This document shows positions 27,528 to 27,754 of a DNA stretch of 27,754 nt, piece after piece; position 1 is the first letter of the stretch, and every line of letters begins with the position of its first letter. Made by a program: the position numbers and the translations under genes. The DNA comes from a candidate division FCPU426 bacterium (GTDB lineage: Bacteria > Oederibacteriota > JAAXVQ01 > JAUVAV01): positions 1 through 27,754 of the forward strand of contig DAOWGI010000117.1 in NCBI GenBank assembly GCA_030637655.1, given 5' to 3'. Below the pieces are notes generated by a model. The model ran no database searches. It saw nothing but the letters and a program-made list of their open reading frames with translations, and was not told where the DNA came from.

Positions 27528-27754
27528 ATTGGTGGGCGCAGGCGCCCCTGACGGTTTTGATTATTTAATTGGCGGGCGAGGATACCTCGCCCCTACGGTT
27601 CGATTATTCCATTGGCGGGCGAGGATACCTCGCCCCTACGGTTCGATTATTCCATTGGCGGGCGAGGATACCTCGCCCCTGCGGTTCGATTATTCCATTG
27701 GTGGGCGAGGATACCTCGCCCCTGCGGTTCGATTATTCCATTGGCGGGCGAGGA
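27528..27754 (-). repeat. Tandem array of a 43-bp REP-containing unit, truncated at the window edge
   Basis: + strand unit ATTGGCGGGCGAGGATACCTCGCCCCTACGGTTCGATTATTCC at 27568, 27611, 27654 and 27697, partial at 27740; degenerate 40-nt copy at 27528. Confidence 0.95.

Noticed and set aside
27528-27754. CRISPR array
   Set aside because: Sequences between the palindromes are identical rather than unique spacers, the 43-bp period is too short, the palindrome is a GTAG-REP, and no cas genes are present.

Overview
An almost entirely + strand core-genome region from a bacterium, probably a diderm anaerobe (inferred from an OM beta-barrel-like ORF and a bifurcating-type Etf). Gene order: accA, amidase, GerMN protein, membrane protein, tRNA-Gly(CCC), OMP-like protein, polyamine cluster (speD, speE-family aminopropyltransferase, PLP Arg/Lys/Orn decarboxylase), dksA, corA, gap-pgk-tpiA-secG, rpmF-plsX-fabH-fabD-fabG-acpP-fabF-rnc, acyl-CoA dehydrogenase-etfB-etfA, a large secreted glycoside-hydrolase-like orphan, rpsO-pnp. 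The most unusual content is intergenic. At least 10 dispersed GTAG-type REP palindromes are present, two carrying a second small CTTGTC...CGGA element inserted at their centre. Two hairpins are built from 9-nt sub-repeats, and a 43-bp tandem REP array (not CRISPR) runs off the right edge. At the left edge a minus-strand ORF starts inside a perfect 12-bp inverted repeat and may belong to an IS. The aminopropyltransferase resembles the Thermus agmatine/triamine type. I found no clear-cut novel multi-gene system. Family assignments come from motif recognition without database searches.
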